The notes below the pieces were generated by a model that did not search any database, was not told the DNA's origin, and saw only the letters and a list, made by a program, of their open reading frames with translations. The position numbers were made by a program, and so were the translations under genes. A stretch of 62,466 nucleotides of DNA, the filler included. It is 6 parts of 6 records of this genome, joined end to end, with 100 filler letters (N's around TTAATTAATTAA, not from the genome) between each part and the next. Parts side by side here need not be neighbours in the genome. Positions count along the whole stretch, not along the records: positions 37,821 to 43,853 come from SRR20825010_6485; positions 43,954 to 58,464 come from SRR20825010_6487; 4 more parts are not named here. One strand, written 5' to 3'. Position 1 is the first letter of the stretch, and each line of letters opens with the position of its first letter. Shown here in pieces: positions 42,258 to 53,166 of the stretch.

Positions 42258-43580
42258 ATGAATGCCGTTGTTGCTGCGGTAGCGATCATGCTCGTACTGA
42301 GCCTGTGCCGTATCCACGTTGTTGTTGCCCTGATTATCGGTGCCGTTGCCGGCGGCCTGATCAGCGGCTTGTCACTGGACGCCACCATTGCCGCGTTTAA
42401 CGAGGGCCTGGGAGGCGGCGCAACCGTTGCCCTGTCCTACGCCACCCTCGGTGCCTTCGCCGTTGCCATCGGCAAATCCGGCCTGGCCCATGCCCTGGCG
42501 GACAAAGCCCTGAACCTGGTGGGCCGGCAGGATAACGGCAAAGCCGCTGGCGGCATCCGCCTGCTGATCGTTGGCCTGCTACTGGCCATTGCCATGTCGT
42601 CCCAGAATATCCTGCCCATTCACATTGCGTTTATTCCTCTGGTTGTACCGCCACTGCTGTATGTGATGGCCAAACTGAACATGGACCGCCGCCTGGTGGC
42701 CTGCGTGCTCACGTTCGGCCTGATCACACCCTACATGTTCCTGCCTGTGGGTTTCGGAGGGATATACCTCAATGAAATACTGCTGGCGAACGTGGGTGAC
42801 AACGGCATCGACGCCACTGATCTCAATGTCATGTCCGCCATGGCCTTGCCAGCACTCGGCATGCTCTGTGGACTTCTCGTTGCCGTCTTTTTCAGCTACC
42901 GCGGCGACCGACACTACAATCTGGACGCCATTGCCCGCACCGAACGGGTGGATGTGACCTACAACGGCGGCACGCTGCTGATGGCCCTGGTCGCCATCGT
43001 GGCGGCGTTCGTGGTTCAACTGTGGTTGGGTTCGATGATCCTCGGGGCGCTGGCTGGCTTTGTACTGTTCAACCTGTCCGGGGTGGTGAAATGGAAAGAA
43101 GCCGACGACCTGTTCACCGAAGGCATGAAAATGCTGGCAATGATCGGCTTCATCATGATCGCCGCCTCCGGCTTTGCGGAAGTCATGCGCGAAACCGGTG
43201 ACATCGCCACTCTGGTGGAGGGCTCCGTCTCTGCCATCGGCGACAACAAAGCTCTGGCCGCCCTGCTGATGCTGGTCGTCGGCCTGCTGATCACCATGGG
43301 CATCGGCTCATCCTTCTCCACCATCCCCATCATCGCCGCCCTCTACGTGCCGCTGGCCCTGGAACTGGGCTTCAGCCCCCTGGCCATCGTGGCCCTGGTC
43401 GGCACCGCCGGCGCGCTGGGCGATGCCGGCTCCCCGGCCTCGGACTCCACCCTCGGCCCTACCGCTGGCCTCAACGTCGACGGCCAGCACAACCACATCT
43501 GGGATACGGTGGTGCCGACGTTCCTGCACTACAACCTGCCGTTGTTGGGCTTTGGGTGGTTGGCGGCTATGGTTCTTTAG
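42258..43580 (+). CDS. NhaC-family transporter (YuiF-like)
   Basis: Very hydrophobic; [41 protein letters not shown]. Confidence 0.85.
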   Translation: MNAVVAAVAIMLVLSLCRIHVVVALIIGAVAGGLISGLSLDATIAAFNEGLGGGATVALSYATLGAFAVAIGKSGLAHALADKALNLVGRQDNGKAAGGIRLLIVGLLLAIAMSSQNILPIHIAFIPLVVPPLLYVMAKLNMDRRLVACVLTFGLITPYMFLPVGFGGIYLNEILLANVGDNGIDATDLNVMSAMALPALGMLCGLLVAVFFSYRGDRHYNLDAIARTERVDVTYNGGTLLMALVAIVAAFVVQLWLGSMILGALAGFVLFNLSGVVKWKEADDLFTEGMKMLAMIGFIMIAASGFAEVMRETGDIATLVEGSVSAIGDNKALAALLMLVVGLLITMGIGSSFSTIPIIAALYVPLALELGFSPLAIVALVGTAGALGDAGSPASDSTLGPTAGLNVDGQHNHIWDTVVPTFLHYNLPLLGFGWLAAMVL

Positions 43581-43629
43581 GCTTTTGGAGTTTGCCCTCC
43601 TTTTCTAGCCTGGTTGGTGTGGGGGCTGC

Positions 43630-43850
43630 GAGGGGGCAGGGGGAGTTTTTGCTCTTGAAATGGAACTCGCTGCGCTCAGACACCCATTTCTGGCGAGTAA
43701 AAATCCCCCTACCCCCTCACGAACGAACCGCGTCAATATCGCCTAGAGAAAGCCGTGAGCTCGACTCGAACGGCGATATCCGTGTGGTTCAAACCGGAGG
43801 GTGTTGGGGTGCTTTCTGCCGGGAAAAAGGTGTCTGAGCGCAGCGAGTTC
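43630..43850. repeat. REP-like hairpin element with a perfect 22-bp inverted core
   Basis: GAACTCGCTGCGCTCAGACACC (43663-43684) and its exact reverse complement (43829-43850); copy 1 sits in the loop of a long stem (43630-43718). Confidence 0.8.
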
Positions 43851-43853
43851 TTT

Positions 43854-43953
43854 NNNNNNNNNNNNNNNNNNNNNNNNNNNNNNNNNNNNNNNNNNNNTTA
43901 ATTAATTAANNNNNNNNNNNNNNNNNNNNNNNNNNNNNNNNNNNNNNNNNNNN
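43854..43953. other. Artificial contig spacer
   Basis: N-run with central TTAATTAATTAA. Confidence 0.98.
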
Positions 43954-44327
43954 AACATGATGCCCTGGTCGCCCGCGCCTTCATCCTTGTTGCCCGCGGC
44001 ATCCACACCCTGCGCAATATCGGCCGACTGCTCATGCAGGTGGTTTTCAAAAACAGCGTTTTTCCAATGGAAACCTTCTTGCTCGTACCCGATCTCGCGC
44101 ACGGCGTTCCGTGCCACTTCTTCGATATCGTCCGACGTGATCGACTGCGGCCCACGCACCTCACCCGCAAGTATAATGCGGTTGGTCGTGACCATGGTTT
44201 CACACGCCACGCGCGCCTCGCTCTCCTGGCCCAGATAAAGGTCAACCACACCGTCAGAGATGCGGTCTGCTACTTTATCCGGATGCCCTTCAGAAACCGA
44301 TTCACTTGTGAATACATATTCTTTCAT
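43954..44327 (-). CDS. metK: S-adenosylmethionine synthetase, 3' truncated
   Basis: [27 protein letters not shown]. Confidence 0.97.
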
Positions 44328-44369
44328 CAAATCCTCTTTTCGCGGAAGATGTCAGCAAGCGTGCTGCGC

Positions 44370-45656
44370 TTAATAGCGGTAATGTTCTGGCTTGAACGGG
44401 CCCTGAACCTTGAGACCAAGATATTTGGCCTGGTCTTCAGACAGTTTGGTCAACTTCGCACCAAGCTTCGCGAGGTGAAGTGACGCCACTTTCTCATCAA
44501 GGTGTTTCGGCAGGACATACACATCCAGGCCGTATTTGTCGGCATTGTTCCAAAGCTCAATTTGCGCCAGCACCTGGTTGGTGAAGCTGGCTGACATCAC
44601 AAAGCTTGGGTGGCCGGTTGCGCAACCAAGGTTTACAAGGCGACCTTTAGCCAGAACGATCAAACGTTTGCCGTCCGGGAACACAACTTCGTCCACCTGT
44701 GGCTTCACTTCTTCCCACTTATAATTAGCGAGGCTCGCGATCTGGATTTCGCTATCGAAGTGGCCGATGTTGCACACAATGGCACGGTCTTTCATATCGC
44801 GCATGTGCTCAAGGCGGATAACGTCCTTGTTGCCTGTCGCGGTTACGAAAATATCGCCGATGGAAGCTGCGTCATCCATGGTGGTGACTTCATAACCTTC
44901 CATTGCGGCCTGCAGCGCACAAATCGGGTCAATCTCAGTAACCATCACACGAGCACCCTGGCTGCGGAGCGATTCGGCGCTGCCTTTACCCACGTCACCA
45001 TAGCCGCATACCACAGCAATCTTGCCTGCAATCATCACATCAGTCGCACGCTTCACACCGTCCACCAGACTTTCACGGCAACCATAAAGGTTATCGAACT
45101 TGGATTTGGTCACGCTGTCATTCACGTTGATTGCTGGTACCTTGAGACGGCCTTCTTTTGCCATCTCATAAAGCCGCATAACGCCAGTTGTGGTTTCTTC
45201 AGAGATGCCGCGCACACCATCCATCAGCTCAGGATAGTCGTTATGCATGATCACTGTCAGATCACCGCCGTCATCAAGGATCATGTTCGGCACCCAGCCG
45301 TCAGGACCTTTGATAGTCTGGTGGATACACCATTCTGCTTCCTCTTCCGTTTCACCCTTCCAGGCAAAAACAGGAATGCCCGACGCAGCCATAGCGGCAG
45401 CTGCCTGATCCTGGGTCGAGAAGATGTTACAGCTGGACCAACGCACTTCAGCGCCAAGCGCCGTCAGCGTTTCGATCAGGACAGCTGTTTGAATGGTCAT
45501 ATGCAGGCAGCCCGCAATGCGCGCGCCCTTAAGAGGTTTCTTTTCGCCAAATTCTTCCCGAAGCGCCATCAAGCCCGGCATCTCGGTTTCAGCAATGTTG
45601 ATTTCTTTCCGCCCCCAGTCGGCAAGCGAAATGTCGGCTACTTTATAATCTGTCAT
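44370..45656 (-). CDS. ahcY: Adenosylhomocysteinase
   Basis: [53 protein letters not shown]. Confidence 0.98.
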   Translation of the reverse strand: MTDYKVADISLADWGRKEINIAETEMPGLMALREEFGEKKPLKGARIAGCLHMTIQTAVLIETLTALGAEVRWSSCNIFSTQDQAAAAMAASGIPVFAWKGETEEEAEWCIHQTIKGPDGWVPNMILDDGGDLTVIMHNDYPELMDGVRGISEETTTGVMRLYEMAKEGRLKVPAINVNDSVTKSKFDNLYGCRESLVDGVKRATDVMIAGKIAVVCGYGDVGKGSAESLRSQGARVMVTEIDPICALQAAMEGYEVTTMDDAASIGDIFVTATGNKDVIRLEHMRDMKDRAIVCNIGHFDSEIQIASLANYKWEEVKPQVDEVVFPDGKRLIVLAKGRLVNLGCATGHPSFVMSASFTNQVLAQIELWNNADKYGLDVYVLPKHLDEKVASLHLAKLGAKLTKLSEDQAKYLGLKVQGPFKPEHYRY

Positions 45657-45741
45657 GGGAGGTTCCTGCTACTAAAGGATACAATACGGGCCCGCGGCCA
45701 CACGTCATTTGGTCGCGGTTATAGCAGGTACACCAAAAAAG

Positions 45742-45757
45742 ATAAAGATTTCTTTAT
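45742..45757. promoter_or_regulatory. SahR-type operator upstream of ahcY-metK
   Basis: Palindrome ATAAAG-ATTT-CTTTAT about 85 bp upstream of ahcY, over the -35 position of a minus-strand TGcTATAAC -10. Confidence 0.7.
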
Positions 45758-45775
45758 ATTGAAAAGAAAGTGTAT

Positions 45776-46051
45776 TTATTCGGCTTCGCCGAAACGGTTG
45801 GACACCAGGGCAGACAATGCTTCAACAGCCGCGAAAGCCTCATCCCCATCGGCGGAGATCTCGATCTCGTCGCCTTTTGCCGCCCCCAGCATCATCAGGC
45901 CCATGATTGATGTTCCAGTAACAACGACCCCGTCTTTCGCCACAGCCACATCCGCGTTATAGCGCCCAGCCTCGGTTGCAAAACGGGCAGACGCACGAGC
46001 ATGCAGCCCCCTTGCGTTTACAATCCCGACCTTTTTCAACAGTTTCTCCAT
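45776..46051 (-). CDS. ptsH: HPr/NPr phosphocarrier protein
   Basis: GLHARAS (phospho-His) and TSIMGLMML (regulatory Ser). Confidence 0.93.
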   Translation of the reverse strand: MEKLLKKVGIVNARGLHARASARFATEAGRYNADVAVAKDGVVVTGTSIMGLMMLGAAKGDEIEISADGDEAFAAVEALSALVSNRFGEAE

Positions 46052-46084
46052 CGCAATACTCACAACAACTCACTCCCCTAACCC

Positions 46085-46483
46085 TTAGCTACCCAGAACC
46101 TGACTGGCGACATTGATATATTTCACGCCTGCTTCTTTCGCTGCCTCAACAGAATCCTGCAGCGTTGCGCCGTGCCGAACACTCGCGAGCTTGATCAGCA
46201 TCGGCAGGTTAATGCCTGCAATAACCTCTACCTTGTCTTTTTCAAGAAGCGAAATCGCCAGATTTGAGGGTGTGCCGCCAAACATGTCGGTCAACAACAC
46301 CACGCCGCTACCCGTGTTCACGTCTTTCACGGCTTCCATAATTTCCTGCCGGCGCTGTTCCATATCATCATCAGGCCCGATACAGATCGCCCGGATCTGT
46401 TCCTGCGCGCCCACCACATGTTCTGTTGCCGCGATAAATTCATCCGCGAGCCGTCCATGCGTTACCAACACCATGCCTATCAT
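46085..46483 (-). CDS. PTS EIIA, mannose/fructose type (ManX-like)
   Basis: LVTHG, LTDMFGGTPSN, GINLPML. Confidence 0.93.
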   Translation of the reverse strand: MIGMVLVTHGRLADEFIAATEHVVGAQEQIRAICIGPDDDMEQRRQEIMEAVKDVNTGSGVVLLTDMFGGTPSNLAISLLEKDKVEVIAGINLPMLIKLASVRHGATLQDSVEAAKEAGVKYINVASQVLGS

Positions 46484-46516
46484 ACACACGACCTCATTAA
46501 ATTTGCCTGAAAGGCT

Positions 46517-47404
46517 CTAACGGCCTTCATCACCTGCAATTTCCCGATGGTATCGATTGACCGTCATGCCGTCGAGCGTCAAATGGCCAGCGATCCTTTC
46601 CACCACCGTTACAGACCGATGTTTGCCGCCCGTGCAGCCAATTGCAAGGGTGAGATACGATTTTCCTTCATCCCGGTATCTTGGCAACAGGAAATTAAAC
46701 AGGTCCATCGTCTTCTCAATAAAGGGTTCAAACCCGTCATCTGCCCGCACATAGCTTGAAACCGCATCCTCAAGCCCGGTTTTTGGGCGCAGTTCGTCAA
46801 CATAATGCGGGTTCCGCAAAAAGCGCACATCCAGCACGATATCGGCGTCACGAGGCACGCCGTTCGCAAACCCAAACGACATGAAGGTCACCACCATGTT
46901 GGGGGCTTCATGCGCCGTAAAGCGGGAGAGAATAACCCGGCGAGTTTCCGCGCCGGTGCGACGACTTGTATCCAGAAGCCCGTCCACAAGCTGCCGGATC
47001 GGCAACATCATGTCGCGCTCCTGCTTGATAGCGGTGCGCAGAAGCTGCCCTTCACCAAGTGGGTGGACGCGGCGTGTCTCAGAAAACCGCTTCATTAACA
47101 CTTCGTCAGACGCATCCATAAACAGAATATGCAGGTTTATATCGATACGTGTCCGCAGTTCCTTAATCGCGCCTTCAAAAAGGCTGGGGGAAAAATGAAG
47201 CGTGCGCGAATCGACACCAACGGCGATAGGCGCCGTACTGGTCCCCGCTGTCGCTTCATCGATCAGGGACGACAGCATGGTCAACGGCAGGTTATCAATG
47301 GCCTGAAACCCGATGTCTTCAAAGGCATGCAGCGCAGATGATTTACCCGCACCCGAAAGTCCCGTGACGATCACCACCTGCCTTTTTATCGCACATACGC
47401 TCAC
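46517..47404 (-). CDS. rapZ: RNase adapter RapZ-like P-loop protein
   Basis: TGLSGAGKS, IDNLP, RFSETRRVHPL, DVRFLRNP, IGCTGGKHRSV. Confidence 0.93.
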   Translation of the reverse strand: MSVCAIKRQVVIVTGLSGAGKSSALHAFEDIGFQAIDNLPLTMLSSLIDEATAGTSTAPIAVGVDSRTLHFSPSLFEGAIKELRTRIDINLHILFMDASDEVLMKRFSETRRVHPLGEGQLLRTAIKQERDMMLPIRQLVDGLLDTSRRTGAETRRVILSRFTAHEAPNMVVTFMSFGFANGVPRDADIVLDVRFLRNPHYVDELRPKTGLEDAVSSYVRADDGFEPFIEKTMDLFNFLLPRYRDEGKSYLTLAIGCTGGKHRSVTVVERIAGHLTLDGMTVNRYHREIAGDEGR

Positions 47405-47862
47405 TTGCGTTCCCTCCTTTCATCTGCGGGCCTGTCGTCACCCACCTGATCGGGATATTTGAGAGCAAGCTCGATCTTCACCGGTGTTGCAATATCAAAA
47501 GCATGCAAACTGATACGCGGCACCTGAACCCCCGCGACGGCAATCATTTCCTTCTCCGGCAGGCGAGGTATGTCGTCATGCGGGACAAGGTCCACCACAA
47601 GTTTCACGAGGCTGAACTTGGCAGCAGGGATTGAGACAATGCCGAGCCCGCGCACCTCAACAAGGCCATATATCCGGTCAGGTGCGGTTGCCACCAAACC
47701 ACGGCTACCCTGCCTGAGGAGAACCTGATCATCTGCAATAAGAACAGCGCCCCGGTCTATAAGGCGAAGCGCAAGGTCTGACTTGCCACTGCCTGAAGGG
47801 CCACGCAGCAGTACACCTGCGCCCGCCACATCTACCACCGTTCCATGGATTGGATCACTCAT
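47401..47862 (-). CDS. hprK: HPr kinase/phosphorylase (short alphaproteobacterial form)
   Basis: GPSGSGKSDLAL, LIADD, EVRGLGI; follows chvG. Confidence 0.92.
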   Translation of the reverse strand: MSDPIHGTVVDVAGAGVLLRGPSGSGKSDLALRLIDRGAVLIADDQVLLRQGSRGLVATAPDRIYGLVEVRGLGIVSIPAAKFSLVKLVVDLVPHDDIPRLPEKEMIAVAGVQVPRISLHAFDIATPVKIELALKYPDQVGDDRPADERRERK

Positions 47863-47919
47863 GCCCCAACGTGTCCCGTCTCGATTTCATAGGTTGGCGA
47901 CCAAAGCGGCACCCAAACC

Positions 47920-49563
47920 TTACCGCGCGAGGGGCAACTCTACGACAAAGCGCGCGCCAGAAACAGACCCGTCTTCCGCAATTTTATTTTCCGCATGAAT
48001 GCGTCCACCATGCGCCTCAACCACTTGCCGCGAGATCGCAAGTCCAAGGCCAGAATGGGAGCCAAAGGCTTCTGCGTCGGGCCGCTCGGAATAGAACCGG
48101 CTGAAGATTTTCTCTTCCGCGCCATCAGGCATGCCTGGTCCTTCATCCTCAACTGTTACCTTCAGCTGTTTGCCGCCAAGGCTGATATCAACCTTCACCG
48201 TGCCGCCGTCAGGGCTGAAGCTGATCGCATTATCAATCAGGTTACGCCATACTTGGCCGAGCCGCCCCTCGATGCCGCTAACAACAAAAACACCGGCTTC
48301 ATAATCACCAATTGTCACCTCGACACCCGCCGGACAATTGGTGGTCATATAGGCTTCCACCAGCATGTTGAGCATGATGGCAAGGTCGAGCGTTTCCATC
48401 TCACCTCGGGTCAGCTCCGCGTCCAAACGGGACGCATCTGAAATATCAGTGATCAACCGGTCAATACGTTTCACATCGTCGCGCAGCACATCAAACAACC
48501 GCGCCTGAATTTCCGGCTTGTGCGAGCGCTCAAGCGTCTCAAGCGCACTGCGCATGGAGGACAAAGGATTCTTTATCTCATGCGCCACATCGGCGGCGAA
48601 CTGCTCCACAGCATCGATCTGGTTATAAAGCGCGCGCGTCATATCGGAGAGCGAGCGGGAAAGATCACCAATCTCGTCCATGCGCTCCGCAAATTCGGGG
48701 ATATTCTCTTCCCGCCCGATGGCGCTTTTCACCCGCTCGGCCGCACGGGCCAGAATGCGAATGGGCCGCACCAGCGTACGCCCAAGGAAAAATGACAGCA
48801 GGATCGTAACCAACAGCGCACCGGTGAAAACCTTCACGGTCAGCATCTGCTCGGACCGCACGATCCGGTCGATATCTTCCGTCTGGGCGGTCAAGAGCAG
48901 TACACCGAGCACACGACGAAAGCGCTGGATGGGGACGGCGATATTGATTACGAGCCTATCATTGGCCAATAGGCGAAGCTGGGTCATCGGCTCGCCTTCC
49001 AGGGCGGCCTGAACCTCTGTGAAGTCAGCGCCGCGCATGCCGGGGCGGTCGACACTCGGCGGTGCACTGGGGCGCGGCGACAAGCCATCCAGAAGCCGGT
49101 GCAAACCGTCTTCTATCTGGTCAGCAAAGCTTGGTTTCAGCTCAAGAGCCGGTAATTCTTCTGCCACGAGACGCTTGTCGCCCGCGAGGAAACGGCTGTC
49201 CGCGATCAGGCGGCCATCTGTCGCGAATATGCGAGCGCGATTGTCGGTTGGACCCACGAGACGGGTGATGATCTGCCGTGCGGGTGCGAGGTCAATTTCC
49301 GTTGCCTCCGGTCCGCCCGCCGCCGATTCACCCAAAGCACCTGCAATAATCTCTGCCTGCACGATAAGGGCCGACATGCGGTCGTCGATCAAATTCTGGC
49401 GAAACTGGTTGAGGTAAAGCACGCCACCCACAAGGATAAGGAGCGCCATGGCGTTGACCACCATGATACGCACCATAAGGGGAGACAAGCCGCGCGTATA
49501 GTGGCGTGGCTGGCTGTTGCGGCCGCTCCCTGCTGTCTCTCGTGAACTGGGGTGTCTTCTCAA
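47920..49563 (-). CDS. chvG: Sensor histidine kinase ChvG/ExoS
   Basis: LYLNQFR, RARIF...DSR periplasmic domain, HAMP, FAADVAHEIKNPL, HSGLGLAIS; lies between chvI and hprK. The start is uncertain. Confidence 0.92.
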   Translation of the reverse strand: MRRHPSSRETAGSGRNSQPRHYTRGLSPLMVRIMVVNAMALLILVGGVLYLNQFRQNLIDDRMSALIVQAEIIAGALGESAAGGPEATEIDLAPARQIITRLVGPTDNRARIFATDGRLIADSRFLAGDKRLVAEELPALELKPSFADQIEDGLHRLLDGLSPRPSAPPSVDRPGMRGADFTEVQAALEGEPMTQLRLLANDRLVINIAVPIQRFRRVLGVLLLTAQTEDIDRIVRSEQMLTVKVFTGALLVTILLSFFLGRTLVRPIRILARAAERVKSAIGREENIPEFAERMDEIGDLSRSLSDMTRALYNQIDAVEQFAADVAHEIKNPLSSMRSALETLERSHKPEIQARLFDVLRDDVKRIDRLITDISDASRLDAELTRGEMETLDLAIMLNMLVEAYMTTNCPAGVEVTIGDYEAGVFVVSGIEGRLGQVWRNLIDNAISFSPDGGTVKVDISLGGKQLKVTVEDEGPGMPDGAEEKIFSRFYSERPDAEAFGSHSGLGLAISRQVVEAHGGRIHAENKIAEDGSVSGARFVVELPLAR

Positions 49564-49587
49564 AGGTCTGACTTTCGTTACCGGCCG

Positions 49588-50295
49588 TTAGGCGTCGCGG
49601 TAACGATAGCCAACCCCGTAGAGCGTTTCAATCGCGTCAAAATCATCGGCAACAGCGCGGAACTTTTTCCGCAGACGTTTAATGTGGCTGTCGATCGTGC
49701 GGTCGTCCACATAAACATCATCTGAATAGGCCGTGTCCATCAGCTGATCCCGGCTTTTCACATGGCCAGGGTGCATGGCAAGCGCCTGTAGGATCAGGAA
49801 CTCAGTCACTGTCAGCGTGACATCAAGGCCTTTCCAGGTTACGCGGTGCCGAAGCGGATCCAGCACCAGATTGCCACGGGCCATGATTTCATCGCCCTCT
49901 ACCATGGTTTCACCCGGCTGGGTTTTGATCATTTCCATACGACGCAGCAGCGCGCGGATGCGCTCAATCAACAGTCGCTGTGAAAATGGTTTGCCTATAT
50001 AATCATCCGCCCCCATGCGAAGGCCCAGCACCTGATCAATCTCCTCATCTTTGGAGGTCAGGAAAATCACCGGCATATCCGTCACCTCGCGCAATTTACG
50101 CAGAAGCTCCATGCCATCAAGGCGCGGCATCTTGATATCCAGAACCGCAAGGTCTGCCGGATTCTTGGACAGAGCATCCCACGCCTTCTGGCCATCTGGG
50201 TACGTGCGCACACGAAACCCTTCTGCCTCCAGTGCAATCGTCACGGAGGTCAGGATATTACGGTCATCGTCGACGAGCGCAATTTGTGCGGTCAT
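49588..50295 (-). CDS. chvI: Response regulator ChvI
   Basis: [46 protein letters not shown]; divergent from pckA. Confidence 0.95.
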   Translation of the reverse strand: MTAQIALVDDDRNILTSVTIALEAEGFRVRTYPDGQKAWDALSKNPADLAVLDIKMPRLDGMELLRKLREVTDMPVIFLTSKDEEIDQVLGLRMGADDYIGKPFSQRLLIERIRALLRRMEMIKTQPGETMVEGDEIMARGNLVLDPLRHRVTWKGLDVTLTVTEFLILQALAMHPGHVKSRDQLMDTAYSDDVYVDDRTIDSHIKRLRKKFRAVADDFDAIETLYGVGYRYRDA

Positions 50296-50472
50296 AATGT
50301 TTCCCTCTTCATGTACCGGCCACCCAGGCCCAATCCTTATCCGGAAGAATATAAAAATTATATTATGTCTTCACCCGAATCCGGATCAAGGTAAACAGCT
50401 ACGTAGCATTTAAGACCAAATCAAGGCGGCCAAATGGCGCTGATAAGTCAGTCTATTTTACCTTTTTAAAAT

Positions 50473-50486
50473 TGACAGCGCTATCA
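50473..50486. promoter_or_regulatory. Candidate LacI-family operator in the chvI-pckA intergenic region
   Basis: TGACAGCGCTATCA: near-perfect palindrome with a central CG. Confidence 0.45.
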
Positions 50487-50672
50487 TTTCATGTGGGGGC
50501 AGAATCAAGTTGATTTCCCCACCCAATTCCGCAAGTTTAGCCGCCTGTCTTGCGCTAGCGCGAGGCCAAAATAAGCCAGGGCAACACAAAAAACATGCCC
50601 GGCAATACGTGTTTTGCGCAGCCATAAAGTGCGGTGCAAAACGGCCCCAATAATCACTTGGAGGACAAGACG

Positions 50673-52277
50673 TTGCAAGTCTTTGGCGCCCGTCTGAGCA
50701 ATGTCGGTCTTGATGCACAAGGTATCACCGGCACTGGCAATCAATACTGGAACCTGGGTACATCCCAACTTTATGAAGAAGCAATTCGCCGCGGTGAAGG
50801 CAAACTGGCCAAGGATGGCCCGCTCGTTGTTAAAACCGGCAAACACACCGGCCGGTCAGCGAATGACAAGTTTACCGTTCGCGACGATATGACCGAAAAC
50901 ACCATCTGGTGGGGCGACACCAACCGCCCAATGACCCCCGAACAGTTCGAGACTCTGCACCAAGCGTTCCTTGCCCATATGAAAGGCAAGGATCTTTTTG
51001 TTCAGGACCTATGGGGTGGTTCCGACCCTGAGCACCGCGTTGCGGTACGTACGCTTGGCGAATATGCTTGGCACAGCCTTTTCTGCCGCACCATGCTTGT
51101 GCGCCCAACCGATGAAGAACTGCCATCCATGGCACCTCAGTTCACCATCATCAACCTGCCGAGCTTCAAAGCCGACCCAGCCACCATGGGTTGCCGCTCA
51201 GAGACAGTGATTGCGGTGAACTTTTCCAAAGGTCTGGTGCTGATCGGTGGTACGGAATATGCGGGTGAGAATAAAAAATCTGTTTTCTCCATCCTCAATT
51301 ACCTGTTGCCTGAAAAAGGCATCATGCCGATGCATTGCTCTGCCAACATTGGTGATGACGGTGACGTTGCCATCTTCTTCGGTCTTTCCGGCACCGGCAA
51401 AACCACGCTTTCTGCTGACAGCACACGCACGCTGATCGGTGATGATGAGCACGGCTGGTCCGACGACAGCGTGTTCAACTTTGAAGGTGGGTGTTACGCC
51501 AAGCTGATCCGGCTTTCGCCAGAGGCTGAACCAGAGATATATGCCACCACCAAACGTTTCGGCACCATTGTTGAAAACGTGGTGATGGATGAGGAAACCC
51601 GTACGCTTGATCTGGATGATAATACACTGGCGGAAAATACCCGCGCGGCCTACCCGATTAACTTCATCCCGAACACCTCGAAAGAGAACCGCGGCGGCAA
51701 ACCAAAAAACATCATCATGCTGACAGCTGATGCGTTTGGCGTATTGCCTCCTATCGCGCGCCTCACGCCTGAGCAGGCCATGTATCACTTCCTTTCAGGT
51801 TACACCGCAAAGGTTGCTGGCACAGAGATTGGCGTGAAGGAACCACAGGCCACATTCTCAACCTGTTTTGGTGCACCATTCATGCCGCGCCACCCCAGCG
51901 TTTATGGCGACCTTCTGCGCAAGAAAATCGCGGAAGGCAGCGTGAATTGCTGGCTTGTGAACACGGGCTGGACCGGGGGCGTTTACGGCGTTGGTCACCG
52001 CATGCCAATCAAGGCAACACGCGCACTTCTGCACGCAGCACTGGACGGCAGCCTGAACGCGAGCCCAATGCGCATTGATCCGAACTTCGGCTTTGAAGTG
52101 CCAGAGGAGGTCGCAGGCGTCGACAGCCTGATCCTGAACCCGCGCGAGACATGGGCCGATAAAGCAGCCTATGACGCCAAGGCACAGTATCTGGTGGGCC
52201 TGTTCATCAAGAATTTTGAGACCTTCGCATCTCACGTGGACGCAAGCGTGATTGCTGCAGCACCAACTGCTGCGTAA
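50673..52277 (+). CDS. pckA: Phosphoenolpyruvate carboxykinase (ATP)
   Basis: [42 protein letters not shown] at 50673 follows GGAGGA; the track start is 50634. Confidence 0.97.
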   Translation: MQVFGARLSNVGLDAQGITGTGNQYWNLGTSQLYEEAIRRGEGKLAKDGPLVVKTGKHTGRSANDKFTVRDDMTENTIWWGDTNRPMTPEQFETLHQAFLAHMKGKDLFVQDLWGGSDPEHRVAVRTLGEYAWHSLFCRTMLVRPTDEELPSMAPQFTIINLPSFKADPATMGCRSETVIAVNFSKGLVLIGGTEYAGENKKSVFSILNYLLPEKGIMPMHCSANIGDDGDVAIFFGLSGTGKTTLSADSTRTLIGDDEHGWSDDSVFNFEGGCYAKLIRLSPEAEPEIYATTKRFGTIVENVVMDEETRTLDLDDNTLAENTRAAYPINFIPNTSKENRGGKPKNIIMLTADAFGVLPPIARLTPEQAMYHFLSGYTAKVAGTEIGVKEPQATFSTCFGAPFMPRHPSVYGDLLRKKIAEGSVNCWLVNTGWTGGVYGVGHRMPIKATRALLHAALDGSLNASPMRIDPNFGFEVPEEVAGVDSLILNPRETWADKAAYDAKAQYLVGLFIKNFETFASHVDASVIAAAPTAA

Positions 52278-52301
52278 GCGAACTCGACATATCAAAACCT
52301 G

Positions 52302-52333
52302 AAAACGCGGGGCTTTGGCTCCGCGTTTTTTTT
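52302..52333 (+). terminator. Rho-independent terminator after pckA
   Basis: AAAACGCGGGGC-TTTG-GCTCCGCG followed by T8. Confidence 0.88.
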
Positions 52334-52387
52334 GTTGTGGCGATAATTTCCAGTTTATATCATTGAATAAATGGTTCGGGGGAACAT

Positions 52388-53104
52388 ATGCGGCAGTTAA
52401 TTTTCTCATTTGTTATTTTCATTGTATGCGCATCACATCTATTTGCAGATGAACACAACGCAGAAATTCTGTTCCAGAAATTGCAACCACTCGCCGACAG
52501 CAATAATCCAGAAGCGCAATACCATTTAGGCATGATGTATAATAACGGCCTAGGTACGGACGCTGACTATGAAAAAGCCATGACGCTTTTTCGCGAATCT
52601 GCAGCGCTAGGAGATCCGCTGGGCGCCTATAAACTTGGCTGCTATTATGATGGACAGTATCAGACCTCTCTTGCTGTCGACCGGGAAAAAGCTTTTCAGT
52701 CTAAACTATACGCCGCGACCAAGGGATATGCCCTCGCCCAAAATGATGTTGCAATCTATTACGCTGAAGACGGAGACTGGAAAAACGCCTTTCGCTGGTG
52801 GAAGGCTGCCGCCGACCAAGGGTTTTCCAGCTCATTGAAAAATATTGGTGCCGCCTATTGGTCAGGCTATGGAACCGAAACTAACAAGCCTGCTGGGTAT
52901 GCTTATTTCCTGCTATGGCAGCGGGCCAAGGGCAAGAAATTGAGTCCCGACGCTGTGGCCAGTTTGACCGAATTGAAAGCTCAAATGACAGAATCACAGT
53001 TCGCCGAGGCCAATGCAATTGCCCTCGATTGGCATGCTGTGCCTACCGAGCTTACTTTAAAGGCCCGACAAGGGCTGAACGCTGCAGCAGCCATGATCCA
53101 ATAA
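52388..53104 (+). CDS. Secreted Sel1-like repeat protein
   Basis: Signal peptide; repeats AQYHLGMMYNNGLG, GAYKLGCYY, AQNDVA, WWKAAADQG, GAAYWSGYG. Confidence 0.88.
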   Translation: MRQLIFSFVIFIVCASHLFADEHNAEILFQKLQPLADSNNPEAQYHLGMMYNNGLGTDADYEKAMTLFRESAALGDPLGAYKLGCYYDGQYQTSLAVDREKAFQSKLYAATKGYALAQNDVAIYYAEDGDWKNAFRWWKAAADQGFSSSLKNIGAAYWSGYGTETNKPAGYAYFLLWQRAKGKKLSPDAVASLTELKAQMTESQFAEANAIALDWHAVPTELTLKARQGLNAAAAMIQ

Positions 53105-53166
53105 CAATCCAAGCTTTCATGCCGAAATCCGGTTGGTGGCAGGGTGAAAGCTACCGGACGCCTATT

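Noticed and set aside
45657-45730. Possible SAH or SAM-SAH riboswitch before ahcY
   Set aside because: Only a modest CCGCGACCA/TGGCCGCGG hairpin is present, with no recognisable aptamer consensus. The SahR-type palindrome explains regulation better.
44610-45962. 450-aa plus-strand ORF
   Set aside because: Antisense to ahcY and ptsH; no motifs or RBS.
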